The position numbers and the translations under genes were made by a program. Below the pieces are notes generated by a model. It was not told where the DNA came from and did no database searches. It saw only the letters and a program-made list of their open reading frames with translations. Shown in pieces: positions 20,854 through 29,455 of a stretch of 32,000 nt of DNA (within the stretch, counting starts at the first letter, position 1; the number at the start of each line of letters is the position of its first letter). The stretch is from Trichodesmium erythraeum IMS101 (lineage in GTDB: Bacteria; Cyanobacteriota; Cyanobacteriia; Cyanobacteriales; Microcoleaceae). The stretch lies in contig NC_008312.1 of NCBI RefSeq assembly GCF_000014265.1, positions 60,001-92,000 of the forward strand. Reading direction: 5' to 3'.

Positions 20854-21364
20854 GAACAGGAATATAAAAAATTAAATGAACAAGAAAATGAAAATTTGAT
20901 TGAGTCAGCTATTTTTTTTGCTAAGAATAATAGAGTTGATAAAGGATTGGAAAATCTATGCGAAATACCTAGAAATTCTAATTCATTTAGGGAGGCTAAA
21001 CAGTGGATAAATAGATGGTCAAAAGATGATTACTGGGGTCCGCAATTACCTTCAATTATTGAAAAATTTCAAGAAGAAGGATTATCATGTCCTGCTGCAG
21101 AAGACGCAGACCTAAGAAGGTATTAACTTAATCGGATAAAAACGATTTAATATGAAAAAAAAGCATTCTATTAGTCATAGATAAAATTCATGTCTTTGAC
21201 ACACCAATGACTAAAGTTGCGTAAATTATTAAGGGTCATAAATTTAACCGAATAAAGTTATATTAAATAGTAAATAACAGAATAGATATAGGCAAGATAA
21301 TCACGATAAACAGAAAAAATATTACTCTGGAAAAAAACAAAAATTATACATTTACTAACAATGA

Positions 21365-21874
21365 TTATTTGTAAGGATATACAGTACCATCGGGTAAAAT
21401 TGCACCTTTTAGTTGAGCATCAATAAAGCTGGCATTATTTATATTAGTATCCCGCAAATCTGCGTCTCTTAAATCAGCATTCCAAAAAATAGTTTCTGTT
21501 AAATCAGCTCCGCGTAAATTTGCCTTCTGGAGATTTGCTCCCCAAAAGTTTGTTCTCTTGAGGATAGATCTCTGTAAGTTAGCTTCTTGTAAGTTGGCAC
21601 TGTCGAATTCTGCTTCTGTTAAATCTGTATTGGTAAAATTGGCTTTTTCAAGATTTGTATTAGAGAAGTCAGCATTCTGTAATACTGAACCAGTTACATT
21701 CATTTTTTTATAATTAGAATTACTGAGGTTAATCTTGGAAAGATCACAATAAAAACATTCTCTTGAGCGTTTTAAAGTTTGTGCTTGCCACTTTATGTAT
21801 GCAACTACAGGTTTGGCAAAAGCTAGTGAAACTAATAGATTTATTATTAATATTTTGAGTTTGATTTTAGCCAT
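21365..21874 (-). CDS. secreted pentapeptide-repeat protein
   Basis: From the ATG at 21874 the sequence is MAKIKLKILIINLLVSLAFAKPVVA (signal-peptide-like), followed by A(D/N)LxX-type pentapeptide repeats (ANLQEANLQRSIL..., ANLRGADLTETIFWNADLRDADLRDTNI). The ORF-track start at 21982 lies inside a non-coding tandem repeat. Confidence 0.85.
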   Translation of the reverse strand: MAKIKLKILIINLLVSLAFAKPVVAYIKWQAQTLKRSRECFYCDLSKINLSNSNYKKMNVTGSVLQNADFSNTNLEKANFTNTDLTEAEFDSANLQEANLQRSILKRTNFWGANLQKANLRGADLTETIFWNADLRDADLRDTNINNASFIDAQLKGAILPDGTVYPYK

Positions 21875-21913
21875 GACAGCATTTTTTGAGTTAATAGAAA
21901 AAAATGAGATCAA

Positions 21914-22232
21914 TAGAGAAGTATTATGGCTGAGGTTAGGAATTAGGAATAGAGAGGTAAGTTGTATGCAACGTCTGTACATAGAAAAGGGAATTAAATT
22001 AGGGTGTAATTGGAAGAATTACCGTTCTGTTAAACTTACTCAAAGCAAAAGAAGCAGGAAGTACATAAGCTTTAGAGAAGTATTATGGCTGAGGTTAGGA
22101 ATTAGGAATAGAGAGGTAAGTTGTATGCAACGTCTGTACATAGAAAAGGGAATTAAATTAGGGTGTAATTGGAAGAATTACCGTTCTGCTAAACTTACTC
22201 AAACCAAAAGAAGCAGGAAGTACATAAGCTTT
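21914..22232. repeat. 159-bp tandem duplication (2 units) in the intergenic region between the pentapeptide and kinase genes
   Basis: Units 21914-22072 and 22073-22231 differ at only a few positions. Each contains the dispersed motif AATAGAGAGGTAAGTTGTATGCAACGTCTGTAC. Confidence 0.9.
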
Positions 22233-22420
22233 GGAGCTAGCTTCGGTGTTTCACACTTATACCACTGACTGTAGTCTATAACTTATCTTTGCTCTTCAGG
22301 CAACAAAATAGCCAGGAAGCTAAAGCTAGTTATTTACATTGTTTCGCGTTATCGTGAGCAGCATCAAACCCTTTTTCAAATGAAAGGAAAAATCTCTATA
22401 AATAGCTACAATTAAAATTT

Positions 22421-22452
22421 TTGTAGGAATTTTCAATTGAAAATTCCTACAA
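22421..22452 (-). terminator. perfect 32-nt palindrome, likely an intrinsic terminator of the kinase-WD40 gene
   Basis: TTGTAGGAATTTTCAATTGAAAATTCCTACAA forms a 14-bp stem with a 4-nt loop. It lies 40 nt downstream of the stop at 22492, and on the - strand transcript AAAUUUUAAUU follows. Confidence 0.6.
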
Positions 22453-22491
22453 TTGGTTCTATAATTTTAGGTATTTGTCATCCAAAAAACT

Positions 22492-24570
22492 TTAGAATCT
22501 CAAAGGAGAAAAGCGCCATACTTTAATTGTGTCATCAAAACTGCCACTAATTAATGTTTTTCCTCTAGGATCAAAGGTTAAATTTACCCAAGCAGAATGT
22601 CCTTTAAGGGTTCCCATCAAACCACCTGTCTTAATTTGCCAGAGTTTGATTGTACCGTCAAAATCTCCACTAGCTAAGGTTTCACCGTCTGGACTAAACT
22701 GGAGAGATTGTACTTTCTCAGAATGACCAATTAAAGTACGTTGAGAACGTCTAATTACTCTTTGAAAACTATTATTATTAATCTCCCAAAGTTTAATCGT
22801 CTTATCCCAACTACCACTAGCCAAAGTCTTACCATCGGGGCTAATAGCAACCGACCACACAGGTTTTCGGTGTCCCTTCAGTGTGCTGAGTAGTCTACCA
22901 TCACGCCAATTCCATAGTTTAACAGTACCATCATTGCTACCACTAGCTAAGGTTTTGCCATCTGAACTAAAAGCAACAGACTGAACTACATCTAAATGTC
23001 CATAAAGAGTATATAACAACAAACCACTATTAATATCCCACAGTTTAATAGTTTTGTCTTTACTGACACTGGCGATCGTATTGCCGTCTGGACTAATGGC
23101 TACAGACAAAACATCTTGAAGATGACCAGATAAGGTATTTTTCAATCTACGAGTGTAAAGATTCCAAATTTTGAGCGTACTATCACCACTAGCACTAACG
23201 AGAGTACGACCATCTGGACTAATAGCAACAGACCAGATGGGTCCATCATGTCCTGATAATTGACCCAAATTTTGCCCGCTACGCAAATGCAATAGTTGAA
23301 TACTCCCGTTTGTACTACCACTAGCAACAATACGACCATCGGGGCTAGTGGTGATCGACCATACTGGACCGGAAGTTGTTGCTAAAGTTCGTAGTGGAGA
23401 AAGTTTGTCTCCTACTCCTGTATATGGTTGTAATGATGGGAGTGTGTTTTTATACTCCTCCTTAATTTTTGGTCTGGGGAAACTTCGCTCTTCATTAGGA
23501 ATAGTAGTAGTGTTGGAAGATGGAGAAAGTGATGGCCGAGGTTTGGCAGATGGTACACGAGAGCTAATTACTAATGATAACATAGCGATCGCTACTCCCC
23601 CCCAAATAGTTACATTCCAATTTTGTTTTTGCAGTATAACATCTGCTGGTGTTGGTCCATACTTGATATCTTTAATAACTTCTGCTGCAGACTGATATCT
23701 TTGACGATGATCTCGTTGTATCATTTTATCTAAGATACGACCAAGATGTCTACTTATGGGATGTTTCAAATAGTCTTGCCACACCCACTTTTCGGCTTTA
23801 ATATCAAACAGTTCAAAGGGTGAAACCATTGTTAATAGATGCAGACAAGTTACACCTAAACTATATATATCACTGTTGGGGTAGACTTTCCCCTGTGTTT
23901 GTTCTGGGGCTGCATATTCAGCAGAACCATTAATACTTCCTATTGAGAATAAATCTCCAGTAGCGGAGATAGTTACTCCAAAATCAACTAAAACAAATTC
24001 CTGAGTATTTGTTCCTTGCTTTCTCCGACAAATTATATTTTCTGGTTTAATATCTCCATGAATCAAGTGATGGTCGTGGATCAACTCCAAAACTAGTAAT
24101 AATTGATTCAATATTTGCCAAATTTTACTTTCACTAAAGACACCATATTCTATAAGTTCTGTGGCCAGATTTGAGCCTTCAATGTATTCTTGTACTAAAT
24201 AATGGTGGCCATCATGTTCTATAGATGCTAATAGTTCCGGAATATGGGGATGTTTGCCAATTTTGTCTAGCTGCACTGGGTCACAGCTAAAAAATGTTGG
24301 AATAACTTCTTGACTCTGAAAAACTAGGTCCTTTATGTCGTCTAGGTTGACAAATTCTTTGATAATACACGGTGGTTTAGAAGGTTTATCGTGGTCAATA
24401 GCGAGAAATGTATGGTTCCAGACACTTTCACCCAAGGGTTTGATCACTTGGTAGCGTTCTTTGAGTATAGGTGGACATTTGGATGTTCCCACTATTGTCT
24501 CATTTTGACTGACAATATTCTTGTCAGCATCTTCTGGATTCTGGTTTTGAGAATTGATGCGATAATTCAT
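22492..24570 (-). CDS. Ser/Thr protein kinase - TM segment - 7x WD40 repeat protein
   Basis: Hanks kinase motifs are HGDIKPENI, DFG and APE. A hydrophobic segment WGGVAIAMLSLVISS follows, then seven WD40 units (GH...W(S/D)VA(I/F)SPDG...SGS.D.T(I/V)K(L/I)W). The ATG at 24570 is preferred to the TTG at 24579. Confidence 0.9.
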   Translation of the reverse strand: MNYRINSQNQNPEDADKNIVSQNETIVGTSKCPPILKERYQVIKPLGESVWNHTFLAIDHDKPSKPPCIIKEFVNLDDIKDLVFQSQEVIPTFFSCDPVQLDKIGKHPHIPELLASIEHDGHHYLVQEYIEGSNLATELIEYGVFSESKIWQILNQLLLVLELIHDHHLIHGDIKPENIICRRKQGTNTQEFVLVDFGVTISATGDLFSIGSINGSAEYAAPEQTQGKVYPNSDIYSLGVTCLHLLTMVSPFELFDIKAEKWVWQDYLKHPISRHLGRILDKMIQRDHRQRYQSAAEVIKDIKYGPTPADVILQKQNWNVTIWGGVAIAMLSLVISSRVPSAKPRPSLSPSSNTTTIPNEERSFPRPKIKEEYKNTLPSLQPYTGVGDKLSPLRTLATTSGPVWSITTSPDGRIVASGSTNGSIQLLHLRSGQNLGQLSGHDGPIWSVAISPDGRTLVSASGDSTLKIWNLYTRRLKNTLSGHLQDVLSVAISPDGNTIASVSKDKTIKLWDINSGLLLYTLYGHLDVVQSVAFSSDGKTLASGSNDGTVKLWNWRDGRLLSTLKGHRKPVWSVAISPDGKTLASGSWDKTIKLWEINNNSFQRVIRRSQRTLIGHSEKVQSLQFSPDGETLASGDFDGTIKLWQIKTGGLMGTLKGHSAWVNLTFDPRGKTLISGSFDDTIKVWRFSPLRF

Positions 24571-24931
24571 GATCAGCAATCAATAAGCATATTTGTTCTA
24601 TGATAATATTTATCAGATTTTATCTACAAACATCATGGAATAATTGGTGGTTGTATGAATTTATGGTTGTTAAAATGACAAAGAAAAATTTGTAGCAGTA
24701 ATCCGATAAAATGGTTGTGACAATTCAAAAACTAAAAATAAACTCCAAAACTCCTATCCTTCTACCCACACTTATCCAAATCCCCATTCCCAAAAGTTGC
24801 CAAGTTTTGGACAACATAAAAATAGGATTGCTATAGTATCAATACCCTTAATAATATATATTATTAACTAGCTGCAAAAGTAATAATTTTTTTGTATTCT
24901 AGTTTAAACTCATAGTCACTAAAAATTAATT

Positions 24932-25924
24932 ATGCCCCTAATCCATATCAAAAAATCTTGGGAAATTCCTGAAAGAGAAATTACACCAGAAAAAGTTTAT
25001 GTAAACCGCCGTCGGTTTATGAAAAACCTGATAGGTACTGGTATAAGTTTTACTGCTTTATCTACTCTTACAAGCTGTGCTGAAAACTCAAAAAAATCTC
25101 CAACTTATGAAGCAGTAAATTTACCAAAAATTAGCAATTTTACACCTAATTATAACTTCGCTAAACTTGAAAGTTCAATAACTGATGAAGCTTTAGGAAC
25201 AAAATATAATAATTTCTATGAATTTGGCGGTACTAAATCTATTTGGAAAAATGCTCAAGCTTTACCAACTGAAAATTGGCAAGTTGAAGTTACAGGTTTA
25301 GTCAAGAATTCTCGTATTTATGACATAGATGAACTACAAAAAAGGTTTCCTCTCGAAGAAAGAATATATAGATTTCGGTGTGTCGAAGCTTGGGCAATGG
25401 TAATACCTTGGCTTGGCTTTCCTATGAAGTTATTAATGGCTGATGTAGAACCAACATCAAAGGCTAAATATGTTCGTTTTACATCTTTTTATGACCCACA
25501 AATTACTAAAGGTCCGGGTTTTTGGGCAAGTGATTATCCTTGGCCTTATACGGAAGGTTTAAGAATAGATGAAATGGCTAACGAATTAGCTTTTTTTGCT
25601 ATGGGAATGTATGGTAAGTTATTACCGAAACAAAATGGAGCACCTCTAAGAGAAGTTATTCCTTGGAAGTATGGTTTTAAAGGGGCAAAATCTATTGTAA
25701 AAATTGAATTTTTAGAACAAAGACCTGCAACATTTTGGAATACTCTGATACCAAATGAATATGGTTTTGAAGCAAATGTTAATCCTGAGGTTCCTCACCC
25801 TCGATGGTCACAAGCAACGGAAAGAATAGTCAGTGAAGGTGCTAGTTGGTCTTGGGAAAAACGCCCGACTTTACTTTACAATGGTTACCAAGAGTATGTT
25901 ACTGATCTTTATAAAACCTATTAG
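24932..25924 (+). CDS. msrP: protein-methionine-sulfoxide reductase catalytic subunit MsrP (YedY-type molybdoenzyme)
   Basis: A Tat-type signal is RRRFMKNLIG. Colinear YedY signatures are YNNFYEFG, ERIYRFRCVEAWAMVIPW, PKQNGAPLREVIPWKYGFKGAKSIV and HPRWSQATER. Confidence 0.9.
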   Translation: MPLIHIKKSWEIPEREITPEKVYVNRRRFMKNLIGTGISFTALSTLTSCAENSKKSPTYEAVNLPKISNFTPNYNFAKLESSITDEALGTKYNNFYEFGGTKSIWKNAQALPTENWQVEVTGLVKNSRIYDIDELQKRFPLEERIYRFRCVEAWAMVIPWLGFPMKLLMADVEPTSKAKYVRFTSFYDPQITKGPGFWASDYPWPYTEGLRIDEMANELAFFAMGMYGKLLPKQNGAPLREVIPWKYGFKGAKSIVKIEFLEQRPATFWNTLIPNEYGFEANVNPEVPHPRWSQATERIVSEGASWSWEKRPTLLYNGYQEYVTDLYKTY

Positions 25925-26274
25925 GGATAGCTGTACACAATACTATAGCTTAAGGCATAAGGCGCAAAGTTAATAGTTTGTAAGGACGAAGGCTATTTCC
26001 CTGTGTATTCTGACTCTGAATAAATTTGAGATGAGCTAGAATGTCTGGCCTAATAATATTAAATAATACCAATTGCTATATCTGCTAACTATTCGATAAT
26101 AGCTAGTTAAAAGCTGAATAAAAAGAAGGTAGTCCTGTATAGTAATGCTAAGATATAAAATGGTATAATTTAGACAAATACTTTTAAAAAAATCAGCAAA
26201 GATATAATAAATCCTGATTTAAAAGTGTTAGATTTAAGTAGTCAATTAAGTTGCTAAAAAAGAGTTGCACTAAT

Positions 26275-26450
26275 ACAAGATTTATGGCTAAATGTCCAAG
26301 AGAAAATTGTTCAATATTTAGAAGGATACTTAATTTTTGATGATACAGTTATTAATCAAAAATATGCGGAAAAAATTGATAGGGAAGCTAATATGAAAGA
26401 GGTACTTGTGCGACTACAATATAGTTAGTGGTAATCCTAGATATCTCAAA
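26275..26450 (+). pseudogene. short transposase fragment (IS4/IS701-superfamily-like)
   Basis: Translation reads LWLNVQEKIVQYLEGYLIFDDTVINQKYAEKI...LVRLQYS*. This resembles the N-terminal first-Asp region (FDDTV...KI.LV..QYSG) of a cyanobacterial DDE transposase family. The fragment is isolated. Confidence 0.4.
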
Positions 26451-26649
26451 AAAAAAGCGATCGCCAAAGACTAAATCCTTACCTTGCCTGAATTTGATTA
26501 GCTAAATCTCCTAGTCTCCAGAATGAAAGTAAAAATTATCATTGATTAAAGATTTGCTAAAAGTAAAACAAGTTAAATTTAGGGTAAAATAATTAATTAT
26601 TTTGAAAAAAATCATCAAATTAAAGGTAGTGCTAAACAAGTAATGATTA

Positions 26650-26866
26650 ATTATAGTGATGAATAAAATACCAAATTTCACTAATGTGATTTTTCACAGA
26701 TGACAAAAAGGATAAAGTTTTTCGTACTAGCCTGAATAACCTTTGTCAAAAGGGTATTATTGAGTCGTTAAATATAAGAAGTCTTTCCTGTTTCTTTTCC
26801 TACTGCTTGATGTCTTTTACTAGTTAAAACAACATTTAAGGCTGCCCAAAAATTATCTTGTGTGAT
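26650..26866 (-). pseudogene. IS1-family transposase C-terminal remnant
   Basis: Minus-strand translation reads ...HQAVGKETGKTSYI*RLNNTL(L)TKV... and, after a frameshift, ...ENHISEIWYFIHH. This matches the conserved IS1 InsB C-terminal blocks. Confidence 0.55.
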
Positions 26867-27018
26867 CTAGCTACCGCCACCATCCTCCGCCAACACACAA
26901 GATATGATAAACAGAGAGCAAGGACAGCCACAAAACCTTAGCTGACTCTTCATCCCATGACCCAATAGAGTTGTTAGGAAATAAGATAAAATGATTCAAG
27001 AATAAATTGGCCATAAAA

Positions 27019-27600
27019 ATGCTAAATCTTGAACGAGTCTTAAAACAGGATAGGTTACTCAGAGCATTAACACTGATTAAACGGTAAAGCATTTGAATCT
27101 TTGTTGGAGTCCTTTGATCAAATGTATGAGCAAACATTTGTATGAGCAAACATTGCACTCGCTCACCTCGTCAATGCTCTGTTGGAAGAGCCCTTTTGGC
27201 CCGTTTACGCACCAATCAAGAGAAATTGTTCTACATTCTTTTCTACTTTAAGTGTTACTCGACTTTGGATTTAGCTGGTATCTTGTTTGATATAGACTGT
27301 AGCTAAGTATATTACTGGGTTCATCGCTTACAACCTATTTTAGAAGCAGCTCTGGGAGAAAAGAAGACGCTTTCAGAGCGTTAAATTAACAGTGTCCAAT
27401 AATTATTGAGGGTTTCCCTGGAGTAGAACGAGTGATAATAGATGGCACAGAACGGCTAGTACAACGACAAACTGACTCAGAAAAACAAAAACTGATTTAT
27501 TTGGGAAAAAAAAGCGTCACACTCGCAAACATTTAGTCGCAGTCAATCAAAACAAGAAAGTGCTGGTATTGATCTAGGGATGAGAAGGAAAGCTACCTTG
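27019..27600 (+). pseudogene. IS5-superfamily (Harbinger-like DDE_Tnp_4) transposase, degraded and 3'-truncated
   Basis: MLNLERVLKQDRLLRALT..., LRTNQEKLFYILFYFKCYSTLDLAGILFDID, WVHRLQPILEAALGEKKTLSER, VIIDGTERLVQR and GKKKRHTRKHLVAVNQNKKVLVL lie in several frames with stops. A small internal duplication (GTATGAGCAAACATT x2) is near 27124-27153. Confidence 0.65.
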
Positions 27601-29010
27601 AACTTTTTAAAGCTGAATATCAAGAGGCCACTATAGAACTATGGGAAATAGATGAACATTGTTTGGGTTTAAAGTCAATTTGATGACGAGTATGGACACC
27701 TGTTGGAGTAGAACTAACTGCAGAGGTTAACTGGCGAAATAAAGTAGTTTTGGCTCTATGGGTTTGTATCTCCGTGTGGCAAAAGCAAACTAATTGGTGG
27801 CTCCTGCCCAAAGTTAATAGTCTTTGCTGAATTCAGGTATGATTTGGGAATAGAGCGATCGCTAAACTTAAAAAGAATTTATATTATTTGAATAAGAAGT
27901 TGGCACATCTCTAAATTTTAGATAGTGAATTAATAATTTAATAAAATATTTGAGCATTTCTTCGAACTTAGAATAGCAAAGATTTGAACGATGTAACCTT
28001 GCTAAATAATGTCTTATAAAGTGTATTTTACCTTTAACTCAAACCATTTATGTTTTACTAATAATTTGATCTCCATCAGGAATAAAATTTGGGTAAACTT
28101 TCTATCCATGTGTCACATAAAAATAAAATTTCCATTTACTAATAACTTCCTATAATGGAGCAAAAATTTTGGTATTATGGTTTCCTAAAACCCATGCAAA
28201 AATACCCCATTTAAAGTTTTTTACTGCTTTCCATAGCCAAATTTGGTTTTTTTTGAGCTTACAAATGTGTCCAATTCATCTAATTCTCCTATTGCTGGAG
28301 TTTCCTCTAGAGCATAACAATCAGGTAATAGTTTTCCTACTTATTTGACCAAATTAATAATTGTGGTTTGATGCATTTTCTTGACTCTTTCAATACCTCT
28401 AAACCACATAAAATTTACATACATTTTTAGACATTCTTGTTTAAGAGCTTGAGAGTAACCTCTACCATATTCATAGCATTCTATGAAGTGTCAGCCACAA
28501 TAGACACTAAAAAAGTTTTGTTTTCCTTTTTTAGGACCATTTTTATTGATATGACCTAATTTACATTTAGGACATTGCATAATTTTGAATTCTAATAAGT
28601 TGACTTTTTTGGCGATCGCTCTGTCCCCAAATCATACTCTAATTCAGCAACGCTAGTTAATATTAATATTTTTAACCAAGTGTTGTCTAACTTAGCTGAA
28701 CATTTTGGTAACAGAAACAGTAAGCATATGATATTAGTATCAGACAGGGCGGGTTGGCACAGTAGTTAAAAACTAAAAATTCCAGAGGCATTGCACTTGG
28801 AGTTTCTACCAGCCGATACACCTTAACTACAATTAGCAGAACGACTATAGCCAATAATTAATGAACCTATAAGTAATCAAAACGAGTGAAAATTTATCCC
28901 AGATAGGAAATATAGTCTTTGAGCGATGTATCAACTTAATGAAACAGCGTTCGCGGTAGCGTTGCGTCGCAATATCATTTATTCAGGGTCTCACTTGTTT
29001 TCATTAGTGG
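27600..29010 (+). pseudogene. IS630-family transposase catalytic half, 5'-truncated and split by an IS1-like insertion
   Basis: The left part reads ...IELWEIDEHCLGLKS...VWTPVGVELTAEVNWRNK...WWLLPKVN (to 27819). The right part reads INIFNQVLSNLAEHFG...ILVSDRAGWHSS...LHLEFLPADTP.LQLAERL.PIINEPI (from 28663). The two join in frame once the IS and one copy of the duplication are removed. Confidence 0.75.
27820..28654 (-). mobile_element. IS1-family element (835 bp), degraded, inserted into the IS630-like pseudogene with an 8-bp target duplication
   Basis: AGTTAATA occurs at 27812-27819 and 28655-28662. Terminal inverted repeats are (G)TCTTTGCTGAATTCAGGTATGATTTGGG...GCGATCGC and its partner. Minus-strand translation reads MQCPKCKLGHINKNGPKKGKQN..., ECLKMYVN.M.FRGIERVKKMHQTTII, GELDELDTFVSSKKTK with stops. 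Confidence 0.85.
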
Positions 29011-29099
29011 CCTACTGATAATCTATCAAGTGCTTGAAGAGTGGGGTTCGCGGTAGGGTTGCGTAGCAATATCTCTCAGATTTTATATAAACGATGTTA

Positions 29100-29455
29100 C
29101 CAGACATGATATAATATTTATCCAACTACAGAAATTACCAAGCCGAGAGTAAACAACTCCCAACATGAGAATATTGTATTTATGTTTACCAAGCTGCCAC
29201 TAAGTTCAGTAATTACTCAAAACCCATTTTTGCGAGCAGTCTATGATGGCTATCACAGCCTGGACAAGTTCCCTAGTATCTATGTCAAAGTGTGGGAGAA
29301 ACCTTTGTAAGCGTTTGTAGTTAGAACTTAACTTGGGCATTAGATGAAAATACAGTTGCTATTTGTGCCAAGTTGATATTTTTCTAAATACAGCCTAGAT
29401 AAATAAAGGGATAAATTTAATTCTGGCTCTATGGCAAGAAAAGTGTTAGTTGAGT
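29100..29455 (-). pseudogene. IS4-family transposase N-terminal-region fragment (probably continued at 31869-32000 beyond the IS1-like insertion)
   Basis: Minus-strand translation contains ...TNAYKGFSHTLT.ILGNLSRL... (a NYKRLQRFL-like block) and ...NINTIFSCWELFTLG... (an NILMLGIV-like block). It is heavily degraded and the boundaries are approximate. Confidence 0.4.

Larger units (their letters stand above)
16285..21126 (+). pseudogene. NACHT-family STAND NTPase with HEAT-like repeat, helical/TPR-like region, tandem repeats, one TM helix and a small C-terminal domain, interrupted by an IS701-like element
   Basis: Walker A is LLGEPGAGKTVAL and Walker B is LLLLLDGLDELP (16285-16853). After the IS the same frame continues from 18230 (...RDYEEIRRK...IRTPFLLYVL, HPDPDVRYEAIKSLGEL). 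Removing 16854-18233 restores a 1153-codon ORF. The ATG at 16285 follows GGAG. Confidence 0.85.

Noticed and set aside
21875-21982. N-terminal 36-codon extension of the pentapeptide-repeat ORF
   Set aside because: The extension lies inside the tandem repeat or dispersed motif. The internal ATG at 21874 gives a canonical signal peptide.
21795-22268. 157-aa + strand ORF spanning the 159-bp tandem repeat
   Set aside because: The frame stays open only because the duplicated unit is a multiple of three. It contains a dispersed non-coding motif, overlaps the pentapeptide gene start in antisense and has no recognisable domains.
22529-24603. Four short ORFs (22529..22726 +, 23142..23339 -, 23348..23695 +, 24391..24603 +)
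   Set aside because: All lie within, or antisense to, the kinase-WD40 CDS. They are out-of-frame or shadow ORFs with biased composition.
26871-27158. 95-aa - strand ORF
   Set aside because: It is antisense to the 5' end of the Harbinger-like IS5 pseudogene.
27620-27811. 63-aa - strand ORF
   Set aside because: It is antisense to the IS630-like catalytic fragment (…LWEIDEHCLGLKS…).
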